NCBI RefSeq assembly: GCF_000018305.1
Contig: NC_009954.1
Location: 450,001-482,000 of the forward strand
DNA length: 32,000 nucleotides
Direction: 5' to 3'
From: Caldivirga maquilingensis IC-167
GTDB taxonomy: Archaea > Thermoproteota > Thermoprotei > Thermoproteales > Thermocladiaceae
Shown here: in pieces, positions 16,456 through 25,688 of the stretch
Position numbering within the stretch: position 1 is the stretch's first letter
Layout: each line of letters starts with the position of its first letter
Notes under the pieces: model-generated
Databases searched by the model: none
Told to the model about the DNA's origin: nothing
The model's input: the letters and a program-made list of their open reading frames with translations, nothing else
Program-made: the position numbers and the translations under genes

Positions 16456-17234
16456 TTATGGCTAGTTTAAAGATTGCCCTACAACTCTACTCACTTAGGG
16501 ATGACATGCCTAAGGACCCATTCGGCACCGTTAAGGCTGTTGCTGAGGCTGGCTTTGATGGTGTCGAGTTCGCGGGCTTCTACGGTAAGTCAGCCTTGGA
16601 GTGGAGGGAGTTCCTTGATAAGCTTAGCCTTGAGGTTGCTGGAGCCCACATTGGTGTAGGTGGTTTCATTGGTGATGAGTTGAATAAGACCATTGAGTAC
16701 AATAGACTACTTTGGAATAGGAACCTAGTAATACCTGGTGTACCGGAGGAGTGGAGGAGGGGTAAGGCTGGCTGGTTAAGGTTCGCTGGTATGCTTAATG
16801 ACTGGTCCAGGGTGTTGAGGGCCTACGGCATGAGGATTGGTTACCATAATCACTGGCTTGAATTCCAGCCCATTGAGGGTGAATTACCATTCCACTTAAT
16901 CTTCAGTAACACTGACAGCAGTGTCATGGTTCAAATAGACATAGGTCACGCCTACAGGGCAGGCTTAAGTAATAGTGATATTGTTGAGTTAATTAAGAGG
17001 TATGGTGGAAGGGTAGTTTCAGTGCATGTTAAGGATTACTCAAAGGAGAAGGGGTATAATTTGGCTGTGGGTGAGGGTGAATTAAACTGGCCTGAAATAC
17101 TGAGTGCCTTAAGGAAGTATGGGGGAACTGAATGGTTAATAATAGAGAATGAGGAGTACCCGTATAAGCCACCCATTGAGACGGTTAAGGTGAGTATAAG
17201 GAATCTAAGAAACATATTAAGCACAGTAAGTTAA
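16449..17234 (+). CDS. xylose isomerase-like TIM-barrel protein (sugar phosphate isomerase/epimerase family), copy 1
   Basis: Overlaps or abuts the upstream oxidoreductase stop (GTG 16449/16452 or ATG 16458 against TGA 16453-16455). 'LQLYSLRD', and metal-site-like pattern 'GYHNHWLEF', 'VQIDIGHAY', 'VHVKDY', 'LIIENEE'. Confidence 0.85.
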   Translation: MVIMASLKIALQLYSLRDDMPKDPFGTVKAVAEAGFDGVEFAGFYGKSALEWREFLDKLSLEVAGAHIGVGGFIGDELNKTIEYNRLLWNRNLVIPGVPEEWRRGKAGWLRFAGMLNDWSRVLRAYGMRIGYHNHWLEFQPIEGELPFHLIFSNTDSSVMVQIDIGHAYRAGLSNSDIVELIKRYGGRVVSVHVKDYSKEKGYNLAVGEGELNWPEILSALRKYGGTEWLIIENEEYPYKPPIETVKVSIRNLRNILSTVS

Positions 17235-17260
17235 CCCTAAGCTAGGTTAAAAACCACCAC

Positions 17261-18100
17261 TTACTTCCTTAAATTAAGAACCTTATCAGCAACCCCAAGT
17301 TCACTCAGGATACTTACAATACCCTTAAAAGACTCCCTAGTCCCCTCCTCCTTACTACCACTGGGTGGTACGTAGTGTGTTTCCAGTGAGACCACACCAC
17401 TATAGCCGCTGTCTATAAGTGCCTTGAATTGGCCACGGTAATCAATCATACCTCCACCCACTGGTTTCCAGGCATAGTGCCCATTCTCCACTGCGGCATC
17501 CTTAACATGGATATGCATTATTAAGCCCTTGACTGCATCATACCCATGCGGGTATGGGGTTTCACGGGCGAAGAAGGCGTTACCTGGATCCCAAAGAACC
17601 CTAACGTACCTGCTCCCAAGTCTATTAATGAATTCCTTAGCCTCCCTACCTGTACCAACTATGCAGCTGTACTCATTCTCAACAACTAGGTGGAAGCCCT
17701 CCTTCTCAGCTAATTCCACCGCTGGTTGGAAGCGTTCAATTAATTGATTCATGAAATTACTTAACTCTCCCTGCCACCAGAATGTGAATACCCTAGTGTA
17801 CTTTAAATCAAGCTTCTTAGATAACTCAATTACCCTCCTTAGGATGTTAATGTGCCTCCTATGGGATTCTGAATCATTAATGTATATTTTAAACGCAGGT
17901 GAATCTAGATTAGATATCTCTAGGCCATACTTCTTAACCAGGTTACTTACCTCAGTAATCTCTGAGTCGGATAATTGTGATGCGTTCCTTCCCCAAATAT
18001 CCCTAATCTCAACGTGTGTTGCCCCAAGTTCGGAAACAACCCTAAGCGCGTGTTCAAGATCCTGGGAAATCTCATCTGAGATTACGCCTAGCTTAAACAT
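17261..18100 (-). CDS. xylose isomerase-like TIM-barrel protein (sugar phosphate isomerase/epimerase family), copy 2
   Basis: 'LGATHVEIRDIWG', 'LVVENEYS', 'VLWDPGNAF', 'IHVKDA', 'VSLETHY'. 279 aa. Confidence 0.85.
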   Translation of the reverse strand: MFKLGVISDEISQDLEHALRVVSELGATHVEIRDIWGRNASQLSDSEITEVSNLVKKYGLEISNLDSPAFKIYINDSESHRRHINILRRVIELSKKLDLKYTRVFTFWWQGELSNFMNQLIERFQPAVELAEKEGFHLVVENEYSCIVGTGREAKEFINRLGSRYVRVLWDPGNAFFARETPYPHGYDAVKGLIMHIHVKDAAVENGHYAWKPVGGGMIDYRGQFKALIDSGYSGVVSLETHYVPPSGSKEEGTRESFKGIVSILSELGVADKVLNLRK

Positions 18101-18222
18101 ACTGACACTACTTTAAGTATGCGGTTCCGCTTTAAATAAACTTAGTCTAACAGTTTTTATAAGCATCATGTTTCAAACATCAAGTAATTATAATTAAGTG
18201 AACTTTTAGCCGCTGAATAATG

Positions 18223-18230
18223 CTTTAAAG
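18223..18230 (+). promoter_or_regulatory. TATA-like box upstream of oxidoreductase copy 2
   Basis: 'ctttaaag' is centred about 25 nt upstream of the ATG at 18251. It covers the GTG at 18230 used by the ORF track, which argues for the ATG start. Confidence 0.4.
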
Positions 18231-18250
18231 TGAGTAAGGTAATTATTAGT

Positions 18251-19321
18251 ATGCCCAGTAAACTAGGTGTTGGTGTCGTTGGACTAGGGGCAATTGGTGT
18301 GGTTCATGCGAGAGCCTTAAAGGAACTGGAGCAGGAGACTGGGTGGATTAAGCTCACTGCGGTTGTTGATCAAATTAAGGCTAGGGCTGATGAAATTGGT
18401 AGACAACTTGGGGCTAAGGCGTACTACACGTTGGATGAATTAGTGAAGGACCCTGATGTTGATGTAGTCACCATAGCCACCCCCTCATACCTGCACGCCC
18501 CCCAAGCCATATACGCAATGGAGTATCATAAACATGTGATAGTTGAGAAGCCAATGGCAGTTACACTTGCCGGGGCTAGGGAAATGGTGATGAAGGCTGA
18601 GAGGAATCACGTTAAGCTTGGTGTAGTCTTCCAGGAGAGGTACGCGCCCGATATTATTAAGGCTAAGTCAATAATCAGTAGTGGGGGTTTAGGTAAGGTG
18701 TTTCTGGTTGAGGCTAAAATGATGTGGTGGAGGGATGAGAGGAATTACTACAATAGGGATGAATTAGCCAGGAGTTGGAGAGGAATGTGGGAGACTGAGG
18801 GTGGGGGTGCCTTAACTAACCAGGGTATTCACACAGTGGACCTAATGTACTGGTTCGGTGGGGAGGTGAGCGATGTCATGGGTTTCTACGTAAATGCCTC
18901 ACACCCAACAATAACAGTGGAGGATACCGCCGCTGCGGTTTTAAAGTATAGGAGTGGGGCCTTGGGTTCACTGGCGGCTTCAGTGTCAACTCAGCCAAGT
19001 GACTTCCAATTCAGGGTAATTAGGGTTTATGGGACTGAGGGGCAGTTGGAGATAAATGATAGGGTAATGACATTACTAGCAACAAACCAGGGTGGGGTTC
19101 AGAGAATTAGTCCTGAGGCTAAGAGGGATACCTTAACCCAGACTGAGAACCTTCATAAGACCCTCCTAAGGGACTTCCTCAACGCGCTACGTGATGACAA
19201 GGACTTTCCAATAAATGGTTATGAAGGTATGAAGAGCCTTGAGGTAATTAAGGCAATATACTTATCATCAAACACAGGTCAAGCCATTAAACTACCGCTT
19301 AACCAGGTGTACGTGGTATGA
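18251..19321 (+). CDS. Gfo/Idh/MocA family NAD(P)-dependent sugar/cyclitol oxidoreductase (copy 2)
   Basis: 'LGVGVVGLGAIGVVHA', 'VVTIATPSYLHAPQAIYAMEYHKHVIVEKPMA'. The ORF track start is GTG 18230; ATG 18251 is preferred on promoter spacing. Confidence 0.9.
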   Translation: MPSKLGVGVVGLGAIGVVHARALKELEQETGWIKLTAVVDQIKARADEIGRQLGAKAYYTLDELVKDPDVDVVTIATPSYLHAPQAIYAMEYHKHVIVEKPMAVTLAGAREMVMKAERNHVKLGVVFQERYAPDIIKAKSIISSGGLGKVFLVEAKMMWWRDERNYYNRDELARSWRGMWETEGGGALTNQGIHTVDLMYWFGGEVSDVMGFYVNASHPTITVEDTAAAVLKYRSGALGSLAASVSTQPSDFQFRVIRVYGTEGQLEINDRVMTLLATNQGGVQRISPEAKRDTLTQTENLHKTLLRDFLNALRDDKDFPINGYEGMKSLEVIKAIYLSSNTGQAIKLPLNQVYVV

Positions 19322-20118
19322 AGCTAGCCTTCACCAGCCTAGCCTACCCTGAATTAACGCTAAGTGAGGTTCTTGAGAGAGTTAGGAGGTTTGGCTTTGA
19401 TGGACTTGAGTTAAGGGTTGCTGAGGATGGACAACACTTGAAGCCAATATACCCAGTACCTAAGCAGGATTACGAGTTAATTAAATCCTCAGGAATCAAG
19501 TTAAGTAACCTAGCCGGCTACGCCTCCTTCGCCATGCCTAATGAACAGGAGAGGGCTAGGAATGAGGAAACCCTGAGGACACTCATATTAATTGCCAGGG
19601 AATTAGAGGCCACTGGGGTTAGGGTTTACGGGGGTAGGGTTACTGATGATGTTGAAAAGGCCGCTGAGAGAATAATTACTTCACTTAATAGGGTTGTCAA
19701 GTTCGCTGAGGATAATGGAGTTGTCATAATGATGGAGACCCATGATGACTGGGTTAAGGCAAATAACCTCAGGAGGCTTCTCAATGGTCTTGATGAGGGC
19801 ATAGGTATTTTACTCGACTTCGCCAACGTGGTTGCAGCTGGGGAGAATCTTGATAATGTCCTTGAGTTGGTTAAGGGGAGGGTAAGGCATGTTCATGTTA
19901 AGAACTTTAAACTAATTAACGGTAAGATCAGGTACACTACACCAGATGACCCAGCTGGATTAGTGCCGATTAAGAGGGTGGTTGATTACTTAAGGGGTAT
20001 TGGCTTCAACGGCTACTTATCGGTTGAGTGGGAGAAGAAGTGGCACCCTGAATTAGAGCCTGCCGATGAAGTGCTACCCAAGTACCTAAGCTACCTGAGG
20101 AGTATAATTAACGCCTAA
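19318..20118 (+). CDS. xylose isomerase-like TIM-barrel protein (sugar phosphate isomerase/epimerase family), copy 3
   Basis: ATG 19318 overlaps the upstream stop TGA 19319-19321 (ATGA). 'FGFDGLELR', 'IMMETHDD', 'ILLDFANVV', 'VHVKNF', 'LSVEWEKKW'. Confidence 0.85.
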   Translation: MKLAFTSLAYPELTLSEVLERVRRFGFDGLELRVAEDGQHLKPIYPVPKQDYELIKSSGIKLSNLAGYASFAMPNEQERARNEETLRTLILIARELEATGVRVYGGRVTDDVEKAAERIITSLNRVVKFAEDNGVVIMMETHDDWVKANNLRRLLNGLDEGIGILLDFANVVAAGENLDNVLELVKGRVRHVHVKNFKLINGKIRYTTPDDPAGLVPIKRVVDYLRGIGFNGYLSVEWEKKWHPELEPADEVLPKYLSYLRSIINA

Positions 20119-20167
20119 GTATTGCTTAATCCTTATAAGTTAAAGGTAGGCACAGTCGTGGGTTTAA

Positions 20168-20965
20168 ATGAGGGTTGGTGTTTACGTTGGAGTACCATAC
20201 GGCATAGACTCCGTTAGGCAATTCCTAAGTAAGCTTATTTCATTGACTCAGGGGGTTCAATGGCTTTCAGTGGATGATTCAGTGGAGACATTAAGTAGAC
20301 TAGAGGATAGTAACGTGGACATGGTCATTGTGTTTGGTGGTGATGGATCATTACTAAGATTCATCCACACTCACCCTGAGTTAATGGGGAAACCTATACT
20401 TCACGTTGGGGCAGGTAGAATCAACTTCCTAAGTGAAGTATTAGTAACTGAGGAACCCTCCAGTGTCTTGAGGGTATTTAAGGGTGACTACTACATTGAT
20501 GAAAGGGAGCTGCTATCAGCCTCATTTAGTAATTCAAAATGCTATGCGTTAAATGAAATAGTGGTTAGGTGCACTGATCCTGGGCGTATGGCTACAATAA
20601 GCGTCACTGAGGAGTATGGTGAGGAATTAATGAGCGGTAGAATGGATGGTTTAATAGTGGCTACACCAACAGGCTCAACAGCGTACAGCCTAGCATTAGG
20701 TGGACCTGTGGTGGATTATAGGGTTAAGTCTAAGTTAATAGTACCCATAGCGCCATTCTCAAGAACCCTCGTACCAATAGTTCACCCATATGATGTTAAG
20801 ATTAGGGTAACTTCAATGGATGAATCCTACGTTATTTGTGACGGATTTATAAAGGGTAAGGCAGTGAACCTACTGATTGAGCCATGGCCAGAGAGGGTGA
20901 AGCTAGTGAGGTTAAGGAGAATCATGATGTACGAGAAGCTGAGGACAAGGCTACTAAGGCCATGA
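20168..20965 (+). CDS. nadK: NAD(+) kinase
   Basis: 'DMVIVFGGDGSLLRF' (GGDG), 'ALNEIVV', 'DGLIVATPTGSTAYSLALGGPVV'. Confidence 0.9.
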   Translation: MRVGVYVGVPYGIDSVRQFLSKLISLTQGVQWLSVDDSVETLSRLEDSNVDMVIVFGGDGSLLRFIHTHPELMGKPILHVGAGRINFLSEVLVTEEPSSVLRVFKGDYYIDERELLSASFSNSKCYALNEIVVRCTDPGRMATISVTEEYGEELMSGRMDGLIVATPTGSTAYSLALGGPVVDYRVKSKLIVPIAPFSRTLVPIVHPYDVKIRVTSMDESYVICDGFIKGKAVNLLIEPWPERVKLVRLRRIMMYEKLRTRLLRP

Positions 20966-21336
20966 TACTGGATTCAAGCGGCTTATTCCACATAAGGAAC
21001 GCCTACATCATAGGTGAAATCTCTAATGGAGGCTACAGGTTAGTTACAACAAGCCTAGTTGCGGATGAGGTTAAGGACATTAGATCCAGGGCATTACTGG
21101 ATTTAATAAACGTAGAGATCCTTGACCCAGACCCAAACATGATTAATGCAATTAAGCTACGTAACCCTAAGTTAAGTGATGCAGATGCCTCAATAGTAGC
21201 CTTAGCATCCTCAATGGCCACCAGTGGCGTTGAGGTTAGTGTAGTAACTGATGATGTAGGCCTCATAAAAGCATTAAGGAAACACGTGAAGAACACTAAG
21301 ATTATTACAATTAACATTAAGGAAAAGAGTAAATAA
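20962..21336 (+). CDS. PIN-domain ribonuclease, Nob1-like PIN pattern, no zinc ribbon (124 aa)
   Basis: ATG 20962 overlaps the nadK stop TGA 20963-20965 (ATGA). The acidic quartet is D4 ('MILDSSG'), E36 ('TTSLVADEVKD'), D75 ('LSDADASIVALA') and D97/D98 ('VVTDDVGL'). The track's upstream extension from 20884 runs inside nadK and is unlikely to be real. Confidence 0.68.
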   Translation: MILDSSGLFHIRNAYIIGEISNGGYRLVTTSLVADEVKDIRSRALLDLINVEILDPDPNMINAIKLRNPKLSDADASIVALASSMATSGVEVSVVTDDVGLIKALRKHVKNTKIITINIKEKSK

Positions 21337-21341
21337 CGCAC

Positions 21342-23822
21342 TTAGCTTTTAAGCACTGAGTAATTGATCTTATACACCAATACCCATCCATATGGCCTTG
21401 AAACGTAAACCAACTGGAAGCCTGGCGGTGAAATTAACCAATTACCGTAGAACCATGTGAAGTAAAGCTGATTCAACAGAGTAGTGTTAGTGCCAACAAA
21501 CGGAGGCGGTACTAGGCTTTGACCTAGTATCGGCTGGAATGTCAATACTAGGTGAACTGCAGAGGATGAGGATGATGACTGAGAGTAGGTTGGCCAAGTA
21601 TTGAATAACCACAGGGGTAGTGTTAATGGTGTCGCCGACGTGGTTGTCCTTATCTGAGTCAAGCACTGGTCAACGGTAATTGAGTATGCTGGGGCCTCTA
21701 AGTCAAAGAGGAGACGGTAAAGCGTGGTGTTGGTTAAGGGTACGTACAGGTTATATGTAGCTGTTCCACCACTGGGTGTACTACTGATTATCTCAGCGGC
21801 ACTGAGTATGTGGGTGTTGGTGTATTCTGGTGAATTACCGGATATTGTGCTCATCCAGTAGCTCTTAACGAAATCACCACCAGTAGGGTACTCTGGGTAG
21901 AGGGCGCAGAGGGCTAACATGCTTTGGGATGATGAGCCAACGCTTAACGCTGACATGGGTGAGGGGACGGTTATGGGGAATGGGTAGTATGGTAGGAAGA
22001 CAACAACGTAATCAGCACCAACACTACGCAGTAACTTAAGGGATTCGGTTACATTAGTTGACGTGAAGGCGGTGGCTATGAGCTTAATCTGAGTACCATT
22101 AACCGTTGAGTTATCGGCCAAGCTAGTCCTATTACCCATTATCGCCAACCAGTAACCGTAATCCCACCAGGAGGCTAGGACTGAATTATGAGGAGTATTG
22201 TATTGAATCCAGTAGAGTGCATCAAGCCAGTCACTGGATGGTATTGCAGGCTCAGTGGTTGAGACAATCTGCTGAGGCGCAGCAGCAATAGGTACACCTG
22301 ATTGAGCAATAACTACAACCGATATTGCGAATAACGCAGTCACAACGGCCACGGTCAGTAGCCCAATAACATCAATACCACGTCTAGCCACGAACCTAAT
22401 TACCAGGTAGAGGCCGTAGGCGGCCACGGGGAGCCAGGCAAACATGAGCATTGTTAACCAAGCCTCACTGGAGGCGAAGTATACTGATAAGACTGACGTA
22501 ATGGATAACAGTAAGCCAGCCACGTCAACCGTGGATAAGGCGTACGTTAAGCCAGCAATCTCGAAGGGAAGGGTATAACCTGTTGTTGAGAGTAATTGAT
22601 GAGCCGTTGATGGGGAATGCTCAGCGACGCTTTGAACCAAGGCACTGCGGGCTGTTGGGAATAAGGCAGCCAAGTACTTACCACCAGGTATATGTATGAG
22701 GACTGAAACACCGGATAGGGCTAAGGCAAGAATAATCACAAGGAACACCACTGCGGCAGCTATAATGTACTTGGATGCGGTAACTAGTTTACGTGCACCA
22801 AACCTCTCCAGCAGAACAACTATAATCGCCACAACAGCCAGTAAAGCCGCTAAAGTACCTAATGCACCAAGACTAAGTACTGCATGCAACTTATACCTCG
22901 GCGTCATGGCTAGGAAGGCTGCGAAGCCAAGGTAAGTTAACGTGTAGGTGCCTAGTGCATTCACTGGGTCAACTGAGATACCGTCAGTAATGCGGAGTGG
23001 AATAACCCTACCTCTATAAAGCCTGTAAAGCACATATATGGAGAGTAGTATGGCGTATGCACCATATGCGTTCAACACGAAGGTGAATGAACCCCAGAAC
23101 CATACTAGTGAACCATTCACCACAGCGGCTAAGACCGCGTAGGGTATCCAATTCCTCTGCCTAAGTGCCTCAATGAATAGAGCCATGCCCAGTGGTGCTA
23201 TGAATTGAAACAGGGTTGCATCAGCGTACCAACTGGCCTCACCCCTCTGTAGGAATATTAGGGAGAAGGCAGTCATTAATGCGGTTAAAAGACCCACGTA
23301 CCTGCCTCCGAACCTTGAACCCAGGTAATACATGGATAAGACGGATAAGGCATTCACTATACCCGGTGTGTAGACGGCTATTGATAGTAGGGTTAAGTGA
23401 AGGTGTAGGTGCTTAACCAAGATATCGTAAAGTATTAGTCCAGTGAAGGATACGCCTGGGGATAGGGTTGTAGCCCAATTAATCCCCCATGGGTACCAGA
23501 AATGGGTGTTTATGTAAAGGTTACCATTAATTAAACCCCCGCTGAGCCACCATTCAATACCCTTAACCACCCCCATTTTAAGCATGAATTCCGTTAAGTA
23601 GTATCTAATGTATGGGTCAAACTCATTAATGTAATTACCCCATAGGAATGCTGGGTAAAGCCTAATGTAAAGCCCAGCAGTGAAGGCTGCGGCTAATGCT
23701 GCCAATAAGCCAAACCACTGAGTTGACCTTAATTCCCTCAACTCGGCATCAGTGAGGCTTACCCTAGTCTTAGTTGGCGCCTTAGCGGCACTACCTCTCT
23801 TCCCTCCCCCTGCCTTAACCAT
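21342..23822 (-). CDS. aglB: archaeal oligosaccharyltransferase AglB (STT3 family)
   Basis: 826 aa and polytopic. First-loop motif 'INEFDPYIRYY' (compare eukaryotic STT3 'HEFDPYFNYR'), catalytic 'WWDYGYW', and a DK-type motif 'DFVKSYWM'. A TATA-like 'ctttattaaaat' (minus strand, 23841-23852) lies about 25 nt upstream of the ATG. Confidence 0.93.
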   Translation of the reverse strand: MVKAGGGKRGSAAKAPTKTRVSLTDAELRELRSTQWFGLLAALAAAFTAGLYIRLYPAFLWGNYINEFDPYIRYYLTEFMLKMGVVKGIEWWLSGGLINGNLYINTHFWYPWGINWATTLSPGVSFTGLILYDILVKHLHLHLTLLSIAVYTPGIVNALSVLSMYYLGSRFGGRYVGLLTALMTAFSLIFLQRGEASWYADATLFQFIAPLGMALFIEALRQRNWIPYAVLAAVVNGSLVWFWGSFTFVLNAYGAYAILLSIYVLYRLYRGRVIPLRITDGISVDPVNALGTYTLTYLGFAAFLAMTPRYKLHAVLSLGALGTLAALLAVVAIIVVLLERFGARKLVTASKYIIAAAVVFLVIILALALSGVSVLIHIPGGKYLAALFPTARSALVQSVAEHSPSTAHQLLSTTGYTLPFEIAGLTYALSTVDVAGLLLSITSVLSVYFASSEAWLTMLMFAWLPVAAYGLYLVIRFVARRGIDVIGLLTVAVVTALFAISVVVIAQSGVPIAAAPQQIVSTTEPAIPSSDWLDALYWIQYNTPHNSVLASWWDYGYWLAIMGNRTSLADNSTVNGTQIKLIATAFTSTNVTESLKLLRSVGADYVVVFLPYYPFPITVPSPMSALSVGSSSQSMLALCALYPEYPTGGDFVKSYWMSTISGNSPEYTNTHILSAAEIISSTPSGGTATYNLYVPLTNTTLYRLLFDLEAPAYSITVDQCLTQIRTTTSATPLTLPLWLFNTWPTYSQSSSSSSAVHLVLTFQPILGQSLVPPPFVGTNTTLLNQLYFTWFYGNWLISPPGFQLVYVSRPYGWVLVYKINYSVLKS

Positions 23823-23881
23823 GTGGACGGTCTACGGCGCATTTTAATAAAGATTTCCCAAACGATGCAGTTGAGGCAGTG

Positions 23882-24799
23882 TCAACGCCTCCTCTCCCTA
23901 ATCTTCCTTGTTAAGACTGGGAGGAACCTGTATAAGTCCTCGACAACACCGTAGTCGCAGTACTTGAAGAAGGGGGCGTTCCTATCATTATTAATCACAA
24001 CCACTATACCTGACTCCATCATGCCTGCTAAGTGCTGTGGTTGCCCACTTACCCCAACCGCTATGTATAATCTTGGCTTAACCTTATGTCCACTTAACCC
24101 AACCCAATGATCCTCACTCAGCCACTTAAGGTCAGCCGCCAATGGCCTTGAGCAACCCAGTTGAGCACCTAAGGCCTCAGCTAACTCAATGGCAAGCCTT
24201 AAGTCATCTTTACTCCTAAACCCCCTACCCACAGTCACTATTACATCAGCCTCCTCAATCCTAACGTTACTTGTTGACTTACCTTCAACATTAATTAGCG
24301 TTAATGAACCAGGCTCAATGCTTACATTAGTGACAGTGACTACATTACCTTGGGCATACTGCTTAGGCTTAAACCTAGTAGCTTGAGCAACGATTATTAC
24401 CGGTGGTTGAGTCTCCAATTCCTCAATAGCCCTATTACCAAGTGCATTAACTCTGAATGAAGGTGGCTTAACGTCAGTGGGGTTAATTACAACTGGTGTA
24501 TTCATTAATCCACTTAAGTAACCGCTAAGTGACCTATATGCCTTATTATCCGGCATTACTATGTATTTGGCTTCCTTAAAATTACTTGAAATGAATCTGG
24601 CTAATGGAGCTGGGTCAATTAACCTACTGTTATTAATAATGTATACCTTTGACACACCATAATTACTTAGGTTAATTCCTTCACCGCTACCTAGGAGGAT
24701 TGCATTCATCGTTAAGCCTGTGGCCTCCATCATTTCCTGGGCTAGGCCTAGGATGCTTAATGTCTCTTGATCAAGGATCACCAGGATCATTACCCTCAC
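23882..24799 (-). CDS. etfA: electron transfer flavoprotein, alpha subunit
   Basis: C-terminal FAD-binding region 'PRLYIAVGVSGQPQHLAGMMESGIVVVINNDRNAPFFKYCDYGVVEDLYRFLP'. 4-nt overlap with etfB. Confidence 0.9.
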   Translation of the reverse strand: MRVMILVILDQETLSILGLAQEMMEATGLTMNAILLGSGEGINLSNYGVSKVYIINNSRLIDPAPLARFISSNFKEAKYIVMPDNKAYRSLSGYLSGLMNTPVVINPTDVKPPSFRVNALGNRAIEELETQPPVIIVAQATRFKPKQYAQGNVVTVTNVSIEPGSLTLINVEGKSTSNVRIEEADVIVTVGRGFRSKDDLRLAIELAEALGAQLGCSRPLAADLKWLSEDHWVGLSGHKVKPRLYIAVGVSGQPQHLAGMMESGIVVVINNDRNAPFFKYCDYGVVEDLYRFLPVLTRKIRERRR

Positions 24800-25584
24800 C
24801 TCAAAGCATTATCCTTAATTAAGTATTCAATGAGTTTATCAGCCTTCTCCTCAACACTGCCTGAATCAATAATAATACCTCTCCTACTTACTTGAATAGC
24901 CTTAATACCCTTAACGTTAACTACCTTATTAATCCTTACGCCAATGTCATTAAGCGTCAGTAACTTAATAGGCTTTTTGACAGCTAATCTTATTTGAATA
25001 ACAGTGGGTATTCTAGGTGTGTTAATCTCCCTTGTTACTGAAACCACCAGTGGTACCTTTGAACCCACAACCTGGGTTTCATTATCTAAATCCCTCCTAA
25101 CCGTTACGACGCCATTATCAACCTTAAGTTCCTTAACGTAGGTTACCACTGGTATACCTAACCTAGCTGCAATCATTGCTGGAACCTGGCTACTGTAACC
25201 ATCAATTGATGCTTCACCAGTGATTACTAGGTCGTAGCCATTGGCCTTAAGTAACTCTGAGGCTACTATGGATGTTGCCATTGGGTCCGTTTGGATTAAG
25301 GCATCATCAGCAATCACGTAGGCTTCATCAGCCCCCATGGCTAGTAACTGCCTAATTAACCCATCAGCCTCCTTAACCCTATCCTTGAGTGGAGGGTACT
25401 TGAGCACTGTAAGTATGCTTACTTGTTTAGCAATACCCTTTTCCTTAAGTCTCACAGCCTCCTCAACGGCATTCCTATCAACATCATTTATCCTCAAGGG
25501 TGTTTCCTCAATTAGAACCCTATCCCCACTGAACCTAAGCTGGGACGTGTCTAGGGATAGCTTAACCAGGGCCCAAACCCTCAT
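24796..25584 (-). CDS. etfB: electron transfer flavoprotein, beta subunit
   Basis: 'INDVDRNAVEEAVRLKEKG', 'DLVITGEASIDGYSSQVPAMIAARLGIPVVTYV'. It sits upstream of, and overlaps, etfA. Confidence 0.88.
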   Translation of the reverse strand: MRVWALVKLSLDTSQLRFSGDRVLIEETPLRINDVDRNAVEEAVRLKEKGIAKQVSILTVLKYPPLKDRVKEADGLIRQLLAMGADEAYVIADDALIQTDPMATSIVASELLKANGYDLVITGEASIDGYSSQVPAMIAARLGIPVVTYVKELKVDNGVVTVRRDLDNETQVVGSKVPLVVSVTREINTPRIPTVIQIRLAVKKPIKLLTLNDIGVRINKVVNVKGIKAIQVSRRGIIIDSGSVEEKADKLIEYLIKDNALR

Positions 25585-25688
25585 TACTATATACTTCTAT
25601 TTAGTGCTTTTTAAACAATATGCTTCACCTATTAAAGAACCATTAAGCCGAGCTGTAATACTTAATTAACCAACCCAGTAATCCTCTA

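Noticed and set aside
17529-18116. Two + strand ORFs (72 aa and 121 aa) opposite TIM-barrel gene 2
   Set aside because: They are antisense to a well-supported 279-aa TIM-barrel ORF and have no motifs.
20884-20961. 26-codon N-terminal extension of the PIN ORF given in the track
   Set aside because: The extension lies entirely inside the nadK coding region in another frame. The ATG at 20962 forms a classic ATGA overlap with the nadK stop, and the PIN domain begins right there ('MILDSSG').
20962-21336. PIN protein as the VapC toxin of a type II toxin-antitoxin pair
   Set aside because: No small antitoxin ORF lies upstream, where nadK sits instead. The motif pattern also looks Nob1-like rather than VapC-like. 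It is kept only as a low-interest finding.
21342-25584. etfB-etfA-aglB as one operon, functionally linking ETF to N-glycosylation, with the absence of fixC/fixX partners as an anomaly
   Set aside because: aglB has its own TATA-like box at leaderless spacing in the 59-bp gap (23841-23852), so co-orientation is probably incidental. ETF partner genes may simply lie elsewhere in the genome.
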